A DNA stretch of 64,000 bases from Okamejei kenojei. Its lineage: Eukaryota. The notes beneath the pieces were generated by a model. The model was not told the DNA's origin and ran no database searches. It worked only from the letters and a program-made list of their open reading frames with translations. The stretch's first letter is position 1, and every line of letters begins with the position of its first letter. This document shows positions 62,533-64,000 of the stretch, one piece after another. The DNA is taken from assembly GCA_035221665.1 (NCBI GenBank), contig CM069144.1, positions 65,348,001 through 65,412,000 of the forward strand. Direction: 5' to 3'. Made by a program: the position numbers and the translations under genes.

Positions 62533-63029
62533 AATGGTCTACCCCTTATTCTTAAACTGTAGCCCCTGGTTCTGGACTCCAACATCGGGAACATGCTTCC
62601 TGCATCTAACGTGTCCAATTCCTTAGTAATTTTATATGTTGATTTGGATGAAGGAATAAAATAACATAGCAAAGTTTAGTAATGATATGAATTGAAGTGG
62701 CAGTGTGGGATGGCAGTTATGAAATGCTGATGCTTCATGGGGGCCTAGATCAGCTGCCATGGCAAGAACATTTGCAGATATGGAACAATGTAGAAAAAGG
62801 AAAGATCATCTAATTTTAAGGGCAACCAAAAAATGCTAATGTTCTGAGTACACAGACCACAGTGTTAACTAGTTGCAACAAACAATTGGCAACAAATATT
62901 GGCCTAACTTATAAGATGAATACAAGAATAAACTCTTGTTCCACATGTATTGTTCCACGTGTATTTTGCAAGTAATAAGGTCTCCCTATTAAAGGATAGA
63001 TAGATTCCTGAGGGTGGATATTTTGTATG

Positions 63030-64000
63030 AGATTAAAGAATAAATCGGGGAAGGTAGTGCATCCGTGGTTAACAAGGGAAATCGGGGATAGCATCAAAGC
63101 AAAGGATGATGCGTACAAAGTAGCCAAAAAAAGCAGCATACCAGAGGACTGGGAGAAATTCGAGACCAGCAGAGGAGGACAAAGGGATTAATTAGGAAAG
63201 GAAAAATAGATTATGAAAGAAAACTGGCAGGGAACATAAAAACTGACTGCAAAAGTTTTTATATATATGAGAAGGGAGAGAGATTAGTTAAAACAAATGT
63301 AGGTCCCTTGCAGTCAGAAGCGGGTGAGTTGATCATGGGGAACAAGGATATGGCGGACCAATTGAATAACTACTTTGGTTCCGTCTTCACTAAGGAAGAC
63401 ATAAATAATCTGCCGGAAATAGCAGGGGACCGCGGGTCAAAGGAGGAATTGAGTGAAATCCAGGTTAGTCGGGAAGTGGGTAAATTGAATAGATTAAAGG
63501 CTGATAAATCCCCAGGGCCAGATAGGCTGCATCCCTGAGTACTTAAGGAAGTAGCTCAGGAAATAGTGGATGCATTAGTGATAATCTTTCAAAACTCTTT
63601 AGATTCTGGAGTAGTTCCTGAGGATTGGCGGTTAGCAAACGTAACCCCTCTTTTTAAGAAGGGAGGGAGAGAGAAAACGGGGAATTACAGACCAGTTAGT
63701 CTAACATCGGTAGTGGGGAAACTGCTAGAGTCAGTTATTAAAGATGGGATAGCAGCACATTTGGAAAGTGGTGAAATCATTGGACAAAGTCAGCATGGAT
63801 TTACGAAAGGTAAATCATGTCTGACGAATCTTGTGGAATTTTTCGAGAATGTAACTAGTAGCGTGGATAAGGGAGAACCAGTGGATGTGGTATATCTGGA
63901 CTTCCAGAAGGCTTTCGACAACGTACCACATAAGAGATTAGTATACAAATTTAAAGCATACGGCATTAGGGGTTCAGTATTGATGTGGATAGAGAACTGG
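63030..64000 (+). mobile_element. CR1 LINE ORF2 (tether and RT N-terminus), runs off the window end
   Basis: PWLT, FGSVFTKED, DKSPGPD, ANVTPLFKKG, NYRPVSLTS, QHGF and DFQKAFD motifs, with small lesions. Confidence 0.93.

Larger units (their letters stand above)
62020..62640 (-). mobile_element. CR1 3' fragment with two nested insertions (about 62146-62282 and 62396-62532)
   Basis: Aligns with the CR1 3' end at 31190-31540 once the inserts are removed. Confidence 0.8.

Noticed and set aside
1-64000. Intronic SNORD66, which is hosted by EIF4G1 in mammals
   Set aside because: By eye I found no match to its guide/D' element (CGTGTCYGGGCCA-CTGA) on the minus strand; it probably lies in a downstream intron outside the window. 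An Infernal scan would be decisive.

Overview
This window is eukaryotic vertebrate DNA. The CR1 / V-SINE / Penelope repeat complement suggests a cartilaginous fish, probably a skate or ray; that is an inference. The whole 64 kb lies inside one minus-strand gene, eif4g1 (translation initiation factor 4 gamma 1). I reconstructed 11 consecutive, phase-compatible coding exons between 55847 and 3983 (2174 nt, about 725 codons). They cover the PABP-binding motif, a long acidic linker, the eIF4E-binding motif YDREFLL and the first half of the MIF4G domain; the start and the C-terminal half lie outside the window. The introns are packed with nested transposons: CR1 and Rex1/Babar LINEs, Penelope-like elements with minimal hammerhead ribozyme motifs, V-SINEs, a decayed Tc1, and MITEs of hAT-, P-, Harbinger- and Helitron-like types. 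Most ORFs in the supplied track are TE fragments or noise. The most unusual object is a 137-bp retroposon at 62396-62532, flanked by a 12-bp target-site duplication (TSD). Its first 54 nt fold into a minimal CPEB3/HDV-like self-cleaving ribozyme, followed by a stem-loop and an (AAG)n tail, so it is a candidate ribozyme-headed SINE. All calls were made by eye from the sequence; no database searches were run.
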